The notes: a model not told the origin generated them from the letters alone. DNA of 64,000 nucleotides from Rhodospirillaceae bacterium (GCA_038146885.1 JAYQSM010000012.1:5447-69446), one strand, 5' to 3'; numbered from the stretch's first letter, positions 51,175-61,922 are shown. A program made the numbers and translations.

Positions 51175-53514
51175 CTAGTTATGACCTCGAATAGCTTGCC
51201 ACACTCTTTGCGGAGTTGCTGGCATTCTAAGATCCCGAACTTCAAAGGGCGTTAGGGCATCAAGGAGCGCATTCATGTAGCATCCAAGGGCAGGGGTCGT
51301 TCCCGCTTCTCCGCCCGACTTGATACCCAAGGGGTTCATATTTGTTAAAACCTCATGAGTTTCAGAAATAAAAAATGGGACGTCGTCTGCACGCGGTAAA
51401 CAATAATCCATAAAAGTTGCGCTTAATGGCTGGGCAGTTTCGGGATGAAATACAAACTCTTCCATCATCGCTTGACCTAGAGCTTGTACAATCCCTCCGT
51501 GAATTTGTCCCTCGACGATAATCGGATTAATAACCCGACCAACATCGTCCACTGCGACATAAGAGCAAAGCCTTGAAACACCGGTTTCGGGGTCAACTTC
51601 AACTTCACATATGTGTGTTCCACTTGGAAAAGCTGGGGTTTTCATTAAGTTTTCAGCACTTTCCGTTAGCCCCCCCTCTAATTCAACAGGCAAATTTTTG
51701 AGGCTTTCGATCTGTTTTGCTAATTCAAACCAACCAATAGAGCGGTCGGTTCCCCCTATCGAAAAAACTCCCTCTTCAAAGCTTATATCCTCAATTGCTG
51801 CCTCTAAAAGTAATGCTGCTAACGCGCGTCCTTTGGAAATTAATTTTTCAGATGCCATGAAAATCACAGTCCCTGCCATCCGCATTGAACGCCCCGAATG
51901 CGATCCCCCACCAACAGAAACAAAATCTGTATCCCCTTGCAGAAGGACAATTTTTTCGAGAGGAATTTCTAAAAACTCAGCTGCCACTTGACAAAAACTT
52001 GTTGCATGTCCCTGGCCGCTATCCTGCGTTCCAATGATAACTTCGACGTTGTTTTTTTCAGGATTAATTGTAATTTCTGTTCGCTCAAGAGGGGCTCCCG
52101 AGGACGATTCCACATAACATGCCAACCCTCTACCACGAAGAAATCCTCTCTCCTTACTCTCCCTTTTTCGCTTTTCGAAACTCACCCAATCGCTAAGTTC
52201 GAGCGCCTTATTCAGACAGAAAATCATCTCTCCGCTGTCATAGGTCATTCCCAATTTATTATCATATGGGAAGTGTGAGTCCGGGATCAGATTTCTTCTT
52301 CGGATCTCAACACGATCTATCCCAATTTGATCTGCTGCAATATCAATCAATCTCTCGAGGGCATAGATAACCTCTGGTCGTCCTGCACTTCGATAAGGAT
52401 TTGTCGGGGAGGAATGAGAAAAAACGCCTCGAGCCCTGACCCTTGCTGAGTCGAAATGGTAAGGCCCTACAGAAATTTCTGCACCCTTTGAAAGAGGTGT
52501 GAAGGACGACGAAAAAGCCCCGATATTGCTTATATTATCCACCCGAAGTGCAAGAAATTTCCCTTTTTTATCTAGGGCGAGTTCAAGCGAACTGATAAGA
52601 TCTCGACCCTGAAAATCACTTAAAAAGTTTTCTGATCGATCGGATAACCATCGAACCTTTTTTCCAAGTCGTTTCGACGCCCACATCACCAATGGGAATT
52701 CTGGATACAAACGGTTTCGGGTACCAAAGTTACCGCCGACATCCGGCGTAATTACGCGTATCAAGGTCTCATCGACGTCAAATATTTGAATGAGTTCACG
52801 TTTGAACCGGACTGCCCCGCCACCTCCTGCTGTGAGCGTTAAAAGCCCTGAAGAAGGATCAAATTCACCGATAGCGGCCCGAGGCTCCATCGGAATCCCG
52901 GTAACCCTTGGAATCTCAAATCGGTGTTTTACGGAATGCTCGGCGCATTCGAATGCGCTATCGGTTGCGTCGCCATCTCCAAACTCCGTATCAAGGCAAA
53001 TATTATTCGTTTCGGTCCAGACACGAGGGGCATCTGGTAAAGACGCGAGTTTCGTCAAAGCAACCGCATTTAGCTCCTGATAACTTATCTGAATTGCTTC
53101 TGCCGCCAGCCGTGCAAAGGCCTCGGTTTCCGCAACCACCATTGCAACGACCTCTCCCACATACCTGACCCTACCTTGGGCCAAGGGGTATTGGCGTCCT
53201 AAAAAAATTTGTCTCCACTGAGCCTCGGACATTCCGAGCCCATCTCCTCCAGAGGGTATTGGACTATGGGGAATATGTCCCAAACCGTCATGAAGCCAGT
53301 CATCAATCGTATAAATTCCCAAAACTCCACTCAGAGTAAGCGCGTGCGCTATATCTATGGATACAATTTCAGCATGAGCATGAGGGGATCGAACCATGAA
53401 GGCTCTTGCCATATTGCCTTGGGCTAAGTCATCTGTATAACGCCCGTTACCCAGCAAGCGCTGCTCATCTTCGGTCCTGAGCACCGGCAATCCAATTTTT
53501 TTATAGGACACCAA
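51175..53514 (-). CDS. Xanthine dehydrogenase family molybdopterin-binding subunit (CoxL form II-like)
   Basis: RSPHAHA, MEPR, DVGGNFG, PYRSAGRPE, GQGHAT, GQIHGGIVQALG, KSGGEAG. Confidence 0.93.
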   Translation of the reverse strand: MVSYKKIGLPVLRTEDEQRLLGNGRYTDDLAQGNMARAFMVRSPHAHAEIVSIDIAHALTLSGVLGIYTIDDWLHDGLGHIPHSPIPSGGDGLGMSEAQWRQIFLGRQYPLAQGRVRYVGEVVAMVVAETEAFARLAAEAIQISYQELNAVALTKLASLPDAPRVWTETNNICLDTEFGDGDATDSAFECAEHSVKHRFEIPRVTGIPMEPRAAIGEFDPSSGLLTLTAGGGGAVRFKRELIQIFDVDETLIRVITPDVGGNFGTRNRLYPEFPLVMWASKRLGKKVRWLSDRSENFLSDFQGRDLISSLELALDKKGKFLALRVDNISNIGAFSSSFTPLSKGAEISVGPYHFDSARVRARGVFSHSSPTNPYRSAGRPEVIYALERLIDIAADQIGIDRVEIRRRNLIPDSHFPYDNKLGMTYDSGEMIFCLNKALELSDWVSFEKRKRESKERGFLRGRGLACYVESSSGAPLERTEITINPEKNNVEVIIGTQDSGQGHATSFCQVAAEFLEIPLEKIVLLQGDTDFVSVGGGSHSGRSMRMAGTVIFMASEKLISKGRALAALLLEAAIEDISFEEGVFSIGGTDRSIGWFELAKQIESLKNLPVELEGGLTESAENLMKTPAFPSGTHICEVEVDPETGVSRLCSYVAVDDVGRVINPIIVEGQIHGGIVQALGQAMMEEFVFHPETAQPLSATFMDYCLPRADDVPFFISETHEVLTNMNPLGIKSGGEAGTTPALGCYMNALLDALTPFEVRDLRMPATPQRVWQAIRGHN

Positions 53515-53546
53515 TCGATCCCGCCTCGGACGGCCCTCGAATAATA

Positions 53547-54062
53547 TCAGACATAGTTCATGTTCTTTGCATCGCGGGCCCGTTTTTCCTCATCCACAAC
53601 TAAGCCATGTCCGATTGTTATGCGATTCATCATGCTAAAACGCGCACAGACCAGTATCGCCTCATGGAAACTCTGTTCATCCCAACCGGCAGCAAAAACC
53701 TCGTCTGCATCTTCCTGTGTAATCTCTGAGGGCCGGAGTGTTAATTTTCTTATGAACCTTAAGAGGGGTCTCATTTCATCCTTAATGGGCGCACCCTCTA
53801 GATCTTGCACCAAAGGATCAAAGATATCGGCGGCAATTCCCTTATTAATTGCCACTCTCGAATGTCCAGCATAACAATATTCAGACTCATTTAATTTTGA
53901 GACGTATGCGGCAATCATTTCTTTTTCTCCAGCATTCAGCATAGAGTCGGTATGCATAAATGAGCGAGAAAAAATAGAGAGCCCTTCCCAGGCCTTTTTA
54001 TTAAATCTATCCCAAATGGCTCGGACACCCGCTTCTTCGGGTAGTGAAGGAAAAAAGGGCAC
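53547..54062 (-). CDS. AhpD-like/carboxymuconolactone decarboxylase family peroxidase-related protein
   Basis: EKEMIAAYVSKLNESEYCYAGH (CxYC reduced to SxYC), MNRI. Confidence 0.85.
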   Translation of the reverse strand: MPFFPSLPEEAGVRAIWDRFNKKAWEGLSIFSRSFMHTDSMLNAGEKEMIAAYVSKLNESEYCYAGHSRVAINKGIAADIFDPLVQDLEGAPIKDEMRPLLRFIRKLTLRPSEITQEDADEVFAAGWDEQSFHEAILVCARFSMMNRITIGHGLVVDEEKRARDAKNMNYV

Positions 54063-54249
54063 TGCTATTAACTCCTTGCAAGACGATCTTTAGCGCAGGC
54101 AAATCAGCCTGATTTGAGGTTGAGAAAACATTCTTGTTGAAAATAAATTTTTAAGCAGCACAAAAAAACCTCGAAAGCAGAACGACTTTTTATCTCACGC
54201 TTCTATCCTAGAGAGAGAAAAAGAAAAAAATTTTAAACCTCTCTATGTC

Positions 54250-55167
54250 TCATTGAACTAAGCAACTACCTACCGTTAGATTGTTCGCCTTCGCAAAATC
54301 AACGGAAGAGACCTTGTCTTTGGACTGATAACGCACTCTCTTCACCCGAATACCCCCGCCGATACAGGCTACGGATAAAGAAGTCTCTCCGATTTCTGTA
54401 ATCGCTCCAGGCTCACCCGTAATATCGTCATCTCTCTGACAATCAAAGATTTGAAGCGTTTCTCCCAAAAACTCAACCCACGCCCCAGGTGACGGATCAC
54501 ACCCTCGAATAAGGTTATGGACCTCCGAAACCGGCTTCGCCCAATCGATTTTAGCATCATCTTTTTTACACCAAGACTCATAAGTCATTTGCGAATGGTC
54601 TTGCTCTATTCTTGGAGCGTTACCTGCCCGGACTAGTTCGACGGCCTCTAACATTGCTTCAATCCCAAGAGGAAATAATTTATTGAAATATACTGAACCG
54701 AGGGTATCTTCAGGTTCTATAGTTACAGTTTTTTGCAATAAAATTGGCCCTTCATCCAGGCCATCATCTGGCCAAAAAATTGAAAGGCCGGTTTCATTTC
54801 TACCTTGAATTATTGGCCAGTTAATTGAACTCGGCCCTCGGTGTAGAGGCAGCAAAGAGGGGTGATATTGGATAGTCCCGTTTGTTGGAATATCCAAAAA
54901 ACTTGACGGTACAAACTTCGTGACAAAGGCCATCACTCCAAGATCCGCGTTTAATGAGCAGCATTCTTTAGCCACTTCTTCGTTATTTTTAAAAGACTTA
55001 GGCTGAATAACTGGCAAGTCTCGCTCTCGAGCGGCAGCGATTAAGGGATCAACCCGGCCATCTTTATCTTCGGGGCCATAGACAGCTATCACATCTTCTC
55101 CTTTGTCTAAGAGTGCTTCCAGAACAGCCTTACCAAAAGCTTGCTGACCATGAACCAGTAAACGCAT
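54250..55167 (-). CDS. Formyltransferase, Fmt/10-formyl-THF hydrolase-like (not the def-linked fmt)
   Basis: GQQAFG, IQYHPSLLPLHRGPSSINW, SIFWPDDGLDEGPILLQ, GCDPSPGAW. Confidence 0.85.
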   Translation of the reverse strand: MRLLVHGQQAFGKAVLEALLDKGEDVIAVYGPEDKDGRVDPLIAAARERDLPVIQPKSFKNNEEVAKECCSLNADLGVMAFVTKFVPSSFLDIPTNGTIQYHPSLLPLHRGPSSINWPIIQGRNETGLSIFWPDDGLDEGPILLQKTVTIEPEDTLGSVYFNKLFPLGIEAMLEAVELVRAGNAPRIEQDHSQMTYESWCKKDDAKIDWAKPVSEVHNLIRGCDPSPGAWVEFLGETLQIFDCQRDDDITGEPGAITEIGETSLSVACIGGGIRVKRVRYQSKDKVSSVDFAKANNLTVGSCLVQ

Positions 55168-55181
55168 GAGATTCCCTCCGA

Positions 55182-55508
55182 CTATTTTAAAGTGTCAATT
55201 TTTGCGGCCAGGATGAAATCATTTTCATGTAGACCATCTATTTTGTGAGTAAAAATTTGAATATCGACATACCCCCAGCCCATGGAGATATCTGGATGGT
55301 GAGCCTCTTGCTCTGCCAACAGGCCTACCTTATTGACGAATTCCAAAGCCTCAACAAAATCTTTAAAATTAAATGATCGTCTCAAGCGGTTCCCTTTTTC
55401 GGACAGAGACCAGAGAGGTGTTTCTTCCAAAAAGACTTTCGCTTCTAACAGTGTTAAGGGCGGGATCCCGCCTTGACAGGGAACACAGGCTTTAGATTGG
55501 AGTTCCAT
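55182..55508 (-). CDS. phhB: Pterin-4a-carbinolamine dehydratase
   Basis: CVPCQGG, AEQEAHHPDI, THKIDGLHENDFILAAKID. Confidence 0.92.
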   Translation of the reverse strand: MELQSKACVPCQGGIPPLTLLEAKVFLEETPLWSLSEKGNRLRRSFNFKDFVEALEFVNKVGLLAEQEAHHPDISMGWGYVDIQIFTHKIDGLHENDFILAAKIDTLK

Positions 55509-55667
55509 TTAGCTCTCTCTTTCGCAGAAAAATAAGTCCGTAACACCTAGAAAGGCACGCATCCATCTGCGCCATCATTATTTACTTTTGAGCATCAAAC
55601 AATCCCTGTTTGCAAGCCTCAGTAGCAGGCGTAAAGTTTAGTAAAATATAAACAGGGAAGGTTAGTC

Positions 55668-56564
55668 ATGGAAAAGTTTGTTATGCCCGAGGACCCAGGG
55701 CAACCGGCTGTATTTCTTAACTACACACAAAAACAGCTGGATTGGCAATATGAGCACGCTCAGAGATTTCCTGACACCAGTATTTTTCAAAAAGACAGGC
55801 TCGAGCGGAGCGAGGAAGCGCGCCGTAAATTCGAGGGTGTTTTGGACGTCTCATATGGACCGACCCTGGACGAGAAGCTGGACATTTTTCCGGCCAAACA
55901 ATCGGGCGCTCCAATAGCAATCTTCATTCATGGAGGAGCCTGGCAGCGGGGTTCAAAAGAAAACTCCAGTTTCGGGGCGGAAGCCTTTGTTCCCAGAGGA
56001 GTGAGTTGGATTGCAACTCACTTCACAAACTGCCCACCGGCCACCCTAGATGAGATGGTAAGACAAAACAGAGCGGCGATCGCCTGGGTCTACAAGAATG
56101 CAAAGGAGGTTTTTGGAGGAGATCCCGAGCAGATCCATGTGCTTGGACATTCGTCGGGAGGACATCTTTCGGGTATGATGGCTGTCACCGATTGGGAAGG
56201 TCAATACGGGTTACCGGCAGACCTGATAAAAGGCAGCGTATGTATGAGCGGCATGTATGACTTGGAAGCGGTTTATCTCAGTTATAGGAATAAATACGTT
56301 AATCTTACTGAAGAGTCCTATAAACGGGTAAGTGCCATCCATCACATACCTTCTGGCTACGCCCCCAGGCTAATCGCTGGGTGCGGTGAATTCGATACAG
56401 AAGAATTCCATCGTCAACCTGAAACATTTCTTGAAGCTTGGCGGAAGGCTGGACACGAAGGACAATTCATCGAACTAGAGGGACGCCATCATTTTAGTGT
56501 CAACAATGCCTATTGCGAACCCGGACCATTGTTGGATGCTATTTTTGATCAAATGGGAGTTTAA
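55668..56564 (+). CDS. Alpha/beta hydrolase, kynurenine formamidase (arylformamidase)-like
   Basis: FIHGGAW, GHSSGGHL, SGMYDL, EEFHRQ, HHF. Confidence 0.85.
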   Translation: MEKFVMPEDPGQPAVFLNYTQKQLDWQYEHAQRFPDTSIFQKDRLERSEEARRKFEGVLDVSYGPTLDEKLDIFPAKQSGAPIAIFIHGGAWQRGSKENSSFGAEAFVPRGVSWIATHFTNCPPATLDEMVRQNRAAIAWVYKNAKEVFGGDPEQIHVLGHSSGGHLSGMMAVTDWEGQYGLPADLIKGSVCMSGMYDLEAVYLSYRNKYVNLTEESYKRVSAIHHIPSGYAPRLIAGCGEFDTEEFHRQPETFLEAWRKAGHEGQFIELEGRHHFSVNNAYCEPGPLLDAIFDQMGV

Positions 56565-58384
56565 GAGGGCAGGGGTATTTGATCCAGGTTTTGCTGCTGT
56601 TGGCGTTTCCACATTGACGCGTACACACCGTCACAGAGAATTAACTCCTCATGGCGTCCTTTTTCAACTATCTCGCCGGACTCTAGAACCAAGATTTCGT
56701 CTGCATCGACAATAGTTGATAACCTGTGTGCTATTACAAGGGTGGTATGATTTGCAGAAATCCTATTTAGCGCCTCTTGTATATCCTTCTCTGTTTTCGA
56801 ATCTAATGCCGAGGTTGCCTCATCAAAGAGAAATATTTTCGGGGCCTTCAATATTGTTCGAGCAATTGCAACACGTTGTTTTTCGCCTCCCGATAACTTT
56901 AGCCCTCTCTCACCAACCAGGGTCTCGTAACCGTCGGGTGTAGATGCGATAAAATCATGAATTGCAGCACTGCGGGCCGCCGCCTCAATTTTCTCTTGAG
57001 TTGACCCAGGACAGCCATAATCGAGATTATATTTAACAGTTGCATTGAAAAGTACTGTGTCCTGAGGGACGACACCAATCGCCTCTCTTAGGCTCTTTTG
57101 CGTCAAATCTCGAATGTCATTCTGATCAATTTTGATAGCACCACTAGTGACGTCATAAAATCGGAATAAAAGCCGCGCTATTGTAGTTTTACCTGATCCT
57201 GATGTTCCAACAATAGCTGTCTTGGTCCCTGGCAAAACAGTGAAAGAGACATTTTTTAGGATCAAGCGCCTCTGGTCATAACCAAAACAAACATTGTTAA
57301 ATGCAATTTCTCCAGTTCCATCCTCTAAAGTAATCGCATCAAGACGATCACTCACTTCGCATTCGACTTCCAAGAGCTTAAACATCGACTCCATGTCGAT
57401 AAGAGACTGTTTAATCTCTCGATAAACATACCCTAGGAAATTTAATGGAAGGTATAATTGTACAAGGTAGCTATTGACTAAGACAAAATCTCCCACAGTC
57501 ATTTTCGTGCTTCCAACGTCACCAGCTGCCATTACTAGGATAATTGTAAGTCCGCCTCCGATGATAAACGATTGACCGATATTTAGCAGAGATAGACTAG
57601 TTTTGCTTTTCACGGCGGCCCTTTCATATGATTCCAAGGCGGCATCAAACCGAGAAGCTTCATAGCTCTCGTTTCCAAAGTACTTAACAGTTTCGTAGTT
57701 CAGAAGACTATCAATTGCTCGTGTGTTTGCGACGCTATCGGTTTCATTCATCTGTCGTCGAAATTTGATACGCCACTCAGTTACAAACACGGTAAAAGCA
57801 ATATACGAAGAAATCGTCAAAAAGGTTACGAGGGCATACCAGAAGTCAAATAGACTCCAGAGGATTCCACAGACTAGAAATATTTCGAGAAGGGTAGGGA
57901 GAATATTGAACAACATAAAATTAAGCAGAAAATCAATTCCCTTGGTCCCCCTTTCTATCGACCTTGACAGACCACCAGTCTGCCTCTCCAAATGAAATCG
58001 AAGTGCTAAGCCATGCAAATGTTCAAAAGTTTGAAGAGCGACGACTCTAATCGCTCGTTGCCCCACTTTGGCGAATATCGCGTCTCTCAGCTCAGCAAAC
58101 GCAATAGCTAGGACTCGGGTTACACCATAGGCAACCAGGAGCCCCAATGGGAGTGCGAAAGCTAGCTCCTTGTTTTTACCTTCAGATAAGAGATCGACAG
58201 CCTGACTAAAAAGAATGGGAACATATACGTTAGCGAATTTTGCTATCGCCAAGCACACGAGCGCAGCTACAATCCGCAATTTCATATCTCTTTGATCTAG
58301 AGGCCAAAGATAGGCAAGTAGGGTCTTAAGAACATCCCACTGGAATAGGGAATTCGTTCCAGGCTCAGCTTTAGGTTTTTCCAT
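56561..58384 (-). CDS. ABCB family ABC transporter, Atm1/HMT1-type (fused permease and ATPase)
   Basis: LRFHLERQTGG, DSLLNYETVKYF, PLNFLGYVYREI, GTSGSGKT, LSGGEKQR, DEATSALD. Confidence 0.95.
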   Translation of the reverse strand: MEKPKAEPGTNSLFQWDVLKTLLAYLWPLDQRDMKLRIVAALVCLAIAKFANVYVPILFSQAVDLLSEGKNKELAFALPLGLLVAYGVTRVLAIAFAELRDAIFAKVGQRAIRVVALQTFEHLHGLALRFHLERQTGGLSRSIERGTKGIDFLLNFMLFNILPTLLEIFLVCGILWSLFDFWYALVTFLTISSYIAFTVFVTEWRIKFRRQMNETDSVANTRAIDSLLNYETVKYFGNESYEASRFDAALESYERAAVKSKTSLSLLNIGQSFIIGGGLTIILVMAAGDVGSTKMTVGDFVLVNSYLVQLYLPLNFLGYVYREIKQSLIDMESMFKLLEVECEVSDRLDAITLEDGTGEIAFNNVCFGYDQRRLILKNVSFTVLPGTKTAIVGTSGSGKTTIARLLFRFYDVTSGAIKIDQNDIRDLTQKSLREAIGVVPQDTVLFNATVKYNLDYGCPGSTQEKIEAAARSAAIHDFIASTPDGYETLVGERGLKLSGGEKQRVAIARTILKAPKIFLFDEATSALDSKTEKDIQEALNRISANHTTLVIAHRLSTIVDADEILVLESGEIVEKGRHEELILCDGVYASMWKRQQQQNLDQIPLPS

Positions 58385-58663
58385 TGGTGCAATTAATCTC
58401 CAGTATTGAAGGATCCAAATAACCGCAGGAGGATCCAATCTCGGATGCTTTTTTTGTGTCTAACTTCCCGAAATCCTGAACAGAAATGAACTCGGTGCAA
58501 CCGGAAGCATGAACCGAAAATCAAATTTTTCTACAAAGCCACACATTTCAGAACTTTTCTTGCTTCCCCGGGAGATTAAGGCCAGCAAAATTGATGTCCA
58601 TGTAGTTTTTTAATAATTCTTTTCAGGTCAAACGCGGGAGGAGATTGCCTGATTCGCGGGCCT

Positions 58664-59746
58664 ATGGCACAAAAATACATGGTTTATCTTGGGGCAACTT
58701 CTATGCTCAGATGGCACATTTGGCAGCCCATTCTTCACTTCTTTTTGCTACTCCTCATTTTTAATTTCTTTTTGTCGTCGGCTACCTTAGCCCAAAGCAA
58801 TACATCCGATGGTTTCGAAACTTGGTTAGAAGGGGTCAGACAGGAGGCCCGCTCAAAAGGTGTATCCGAGAAAACTATTAGCGAGGCTCTTAGTTCTGTT
58901 AAACCTCTAAGGAGGATCATAGAACGGGATCGCAACCAGGCCGAATTCAAGCTCACGCTCCAACAGTATTCCAGTAGAGTCGTATCCGATAAAAATATTA
59001 AAACAGGGCGGGCCAAGAGCGATCTTCATAAATCATTACTAGAGAATATCGAACGACGTTTTGGGGTTCAGCGTCGGTTTATTCTTGCGATTTGGGGAAT
59101 TGAGACCCGATTTGGCTTTGTGGAAGCCAATGTTCCTGTAATACCTGCGGTGTCTACTCTCGCTTTTGATAGAAGGCGCTCCAAATACTTTCGCGCACAA
59201 ATATTTGCGGTGCTAGAAATGCTTGATAGAGGATTAATCGACCTCAAGAACCTAAAAGGCTCTTGGGCCGGAGCTATGGGGCAACCGCAGTTCATGCCTA
59301 CGAGTTATCTTGCCTATGCGGTCGACTTTGATGGCGACGGCCGTCGGGATATCTGGAATAATATCGGTGACACACTCGGCTCTATCGCAAATTATCTAAA
59401 GCAACATGGATGGAATAACAATCTCACTTGGGGTCGGGAGGTCTCAACCCCCAATTCTGTCTTGGAAACCATAGGTCCCGCTGAAAGACGCGCAGCCCCG
59501 GGTTGCAGAGCACGAACGTCTCAACGCATGTCGCTCAAAGAATGGGGCCAATACGGGATCCGAAGAGCAGGTGGCGATGATTTGCCGACTAGAGACATCC
59601 TAGCATCCTTAGTTTTACCTGATGGCTCAGACGGCAGAACGTTCCTAGTCTACAGCAATTACCAGGCAATTATGGCCTATAACTGCGCACATCATTACGC
59701 TGTTACCGTCGGGTTGTTATCCGACAAGCTTTGGACAAAAATTTGA
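58664..59746 (+). CDS. mltB: Lytic murein transglycosylase (MltB/SLT_2 family)
   Basis: AIWGIETRFG, GSWAGAMGQPQFMP, VDFDGDGRRDIW, SIANYL, YN...Y. Confidence 0.9.
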   Translation: MAQKYMVYLGATSMLRWHIWQPILHFFLLLLIFNFFLSSATLAQSNTSDGFETWLEGVRQEARSKGVSEKTISEALSSVKPLRRIIERDRNQAEFKLTLQQYSSRVVSDKNIKTGRAKSDLHKSLLENIERRFGVQRRFILAIWGIETRFGFVEANVPVIPAVSTLAFDRRRSKYFRAQIFAVLEMLDRGLIDLKNLKGSWAGAMGQPQFMPTSYLAYAVDFDGDGRRDIWNNIGDTLGSIANYLKQHGWNNNLTWGREVSTPNSVLETIGPAERRAAPGCRARTSQRMSLKEWGQYGIRRAGGDDLPTRDILASLVLPDGSDGRTFLVYSNYQAIMAYNCAHHYAVTVGLLSDKLWTKI

Positions 59747-60690
59747 TTAAAACGCCATTATTTTGCTCTCATAGCAGCGTTTTTATTGGGCTGTTGATTA
59801 TTGCCTGCCTCTCAGGCTGTGCGGAAACGAAGCTTGCCTTTCATACCGTTAAAAAGATCTCGGGATACGACGACAGATCACTCGACTCGGCAGGAAGTTA
59901 TAAGGTGGGAAAACCCTATTCTATAAAGGGAGTATGGTATTATCCGACAGTAAATTATAACTATGCGGAAACAGGTATCGCATCGTGGTACGGCCCAAAT
60001 TTTCATGGACGTAAGACGGCAAATGGCGAGATTTTCGACATGAACTTGGTATCAGCTGCTCATCGTACTTTGCCAATGCCATCAATCGTCCGGGTCACTA
60101 ATTTGAAAAATGGTCGCACCCTAAAAATTCGAGTCAATGACCGTGGTCCCTTTGCTCATGGAAGAATTATCGACTTATCACGTCGAGCGGCCCAATTGCT
60201 CGGGTTCATCCGGCAAGGAACCGTCCCAGTTCGAGTGGAAATTCTGCCTGCTGAGAGCCGTGTGGCTGCCCTAGAAGCTCAAGGTGGACCGGTAAGAGCA
60301 ATTTCGGCTCCAATTGGAAGAGTTAAAGTTGCCTCACTTTCGAATGAAAAATTTGAGGAAAACAAACCTACAAAAAAGGGGATTGAGGTTAAGAACAAAC
60401 CTCTTCTCCGCAAAAATTTCAATAGCGAGCCTGCCGTCGAGCGAACAACTAAACCTCTCAGTCAATCAATTTACATCCAGGCCGGCGCATTTTTGGATCG
60501 TCATCGCGCCGATGTTTTGAAGTATTTGTTGGAAAAATATGGTCGGACGCAGGTAGTTGGGGCTCGTGTCGGGGAACAAAACTTTTATCGGGTCCGTATC
60601 GGGCCCGTTGCTTCAATAGCGGACAGCGATCAAATTCTCGAACAGGTTATTGAAAAGGGTTACCCCGATGCAAGGATCGTAATAGATTAA
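59731..60690 (+). CDS. rlpA: Septal ring lytic transglycosylase RlpA (DPBB plus SPOR), lipoprotein
   Basis: Lipobox LSGC, GIASWYG, TANGE, AAHRTLP, VNDRGPF, IIDLS; C-terminal SPOR domain. Confidence 0.95.
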   Translation: MDKNLIKTPLFCSHSSVFIGLLIIACLSGCAETKLAFHTVKKISGYDDRSLDSAGSYKVGKPYSIKGVWYYPTVNYNYAETGIASWYGPNFHGRKTANGEIFDMNLVSAAHRTLPMPSIVRVTNLKNGRTLKIRVNDRGPFAHGRIIDLSRRAAQLLGFIRQGTVPVRVEILPAESRVAALEAQGGPVRAISAPIGRVKVASLSNEKFEENKPTKKGIEVKNKPLLRKNFNSEPAVERTTKPLSQSIYIQAGAFLDRHRADVLKYLLEKYGRTQVVGARVGEQNFYRVRIGPVASIADSDQILEQVIEKGYPDARIVID

Positions 60691-60758
60691 GTAATCCGAA
60701 ATATTATCATGTCGAATTGTTGTAAATCCGATACGAAAGACTTTTAGAACCGAAAATC

Positions 60759-61922
60759 ATGATTGTTTCAAAACCTCTTCGAGCACTTTTGCTACCCATG
60801 TTTGGGGCATTTCTAACGCTAATTTTGACAGAAAATTTGGTCCTAGCGCAAAATCTCGAAACCAAAGCTCCGCATGCGTTCCTGATTGATGTAGATACAG
60901 ATACAGTGCTCTTTGAAAAACAGTCAGACATACCGATGCCGCCAGCGTCTATGAGCAAACTAATGACTGTCTATATGGTTTTAGAAAAACTCAAAGCCGG
61001 GAAATTAAGCCTCAACGATCGATTTGTCGTTAGCGAAAAAGCATGGCGCAAGGGCGGCTCCAAAATGTTTGTCCGAGTGAATAAAAGGGTATCCGTAAGA
61101 GACCTCCTGAAGGGTATCATTATACAATCAGGCAATGATGCCTGCATCGTCATTGCGGAGGGTCTCGCTGGTTCGGAAGACATTTTTTCGGATGAGATGA
61201 CAAAAAAAGCTAAAGAGATTGGTCTGAAAAATAGCGTGTTTTTAAACTCCACAGGTTGGCCAGCGGATGGCCATTTCATGTCTGCGAGAGATCTCGCGCT
61301 ACTTGCCAAAAAGATCATCTCAGATTTTCCTGAATATTACCCAATGTTTGCAGAAAAAACGTTTACGTTCTCTAAAATTAAACAGGGGAATAGAAACCCT
61401 CTCCTTTATAGAAATATTGGAGCAGATGGACTCAAAACTGGTCATACAGAGGCTTCCGGCTACGGTCTCGTTGCTTCAACAATCCGAAAAGGCAGGCGTC
61501 TTATCTTAGTTGTAAATGGTCTTGCGAGCGCTAGGGAGCGGGCCTCGGAATCAGCCCGTCTTCTAGATTGGGGCTATAGAGAGACTAAAACATATAAGCT
61601 GTTTGAAAAAGAGAGTATAGTTAGCAATGCTGATGTCTGGCTCGGCGATGAGCCGGTGGTGCCGCTTGTGATAGATAATGAAGTCGCGATTACAATGTCC
61701 CGGTCAGCCCGGAAGGGGATGAAAGCGAAAATCATCTTTAATAATCCAGTAGCCGCTCCAATCAAAAAGGGTGACAATCTTGGACACGTTATAATAACTG
61801 GTGTAGGTCCCAAAGATCTGAAAATTCCGGTAAGCGCAGGTCGAACTGTTAATAGGCTTGGATACATCGGTAGGATAACAAGTGCAGCCAAATATTTGCT
61901 CTTCGGCAAATTAGGATCGTGA
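60759..61922 (+). CDS. dacA: D-alanyl-D-alanine carboxypeptidase
   Basis: PASMSKLMT, SGNDA, GLKTGHT. Confidence 0.93.
   Translation: MIVSKPLRALLLPMFGAFLTLILTENLVLAQNLETKAPHAFLIDVDTDTVLFEKQSDIPMPPASMSKLMTVYMVLEKLKAGKLSLNDRFVVSEKAWRKGGSKMFVRVNKRVSVRDLLKGIIIQSGNDACIVIAEGLAGSEDIFSDEMTKKAKEIGLKNSVFLNSTGWPADGHFMSARDLALLAKKIISDFPEYYPMFAEKTFTFSKIKQGNRNPLLYRNIGADGLKTGHTEASGYGLVASTIRKGRRLILVVNGLASARERASESARLLDWGYRETKTYKLFEKESIVSNADVWLGDEPVVPLVIDNEVAITMSRSARKGMKAKIIFNNPVAAPIKKGDNLGHVIITGVGPKDLKIPVSAGRTVNRLGYIGRITSAAKYLLFGKLGS

Noticed and set aside
51175-53514. Aerobic CO dehydrogenase form I
   Set aside because: No AYxCSFR motif and no coxMS or accessory genes nearby.
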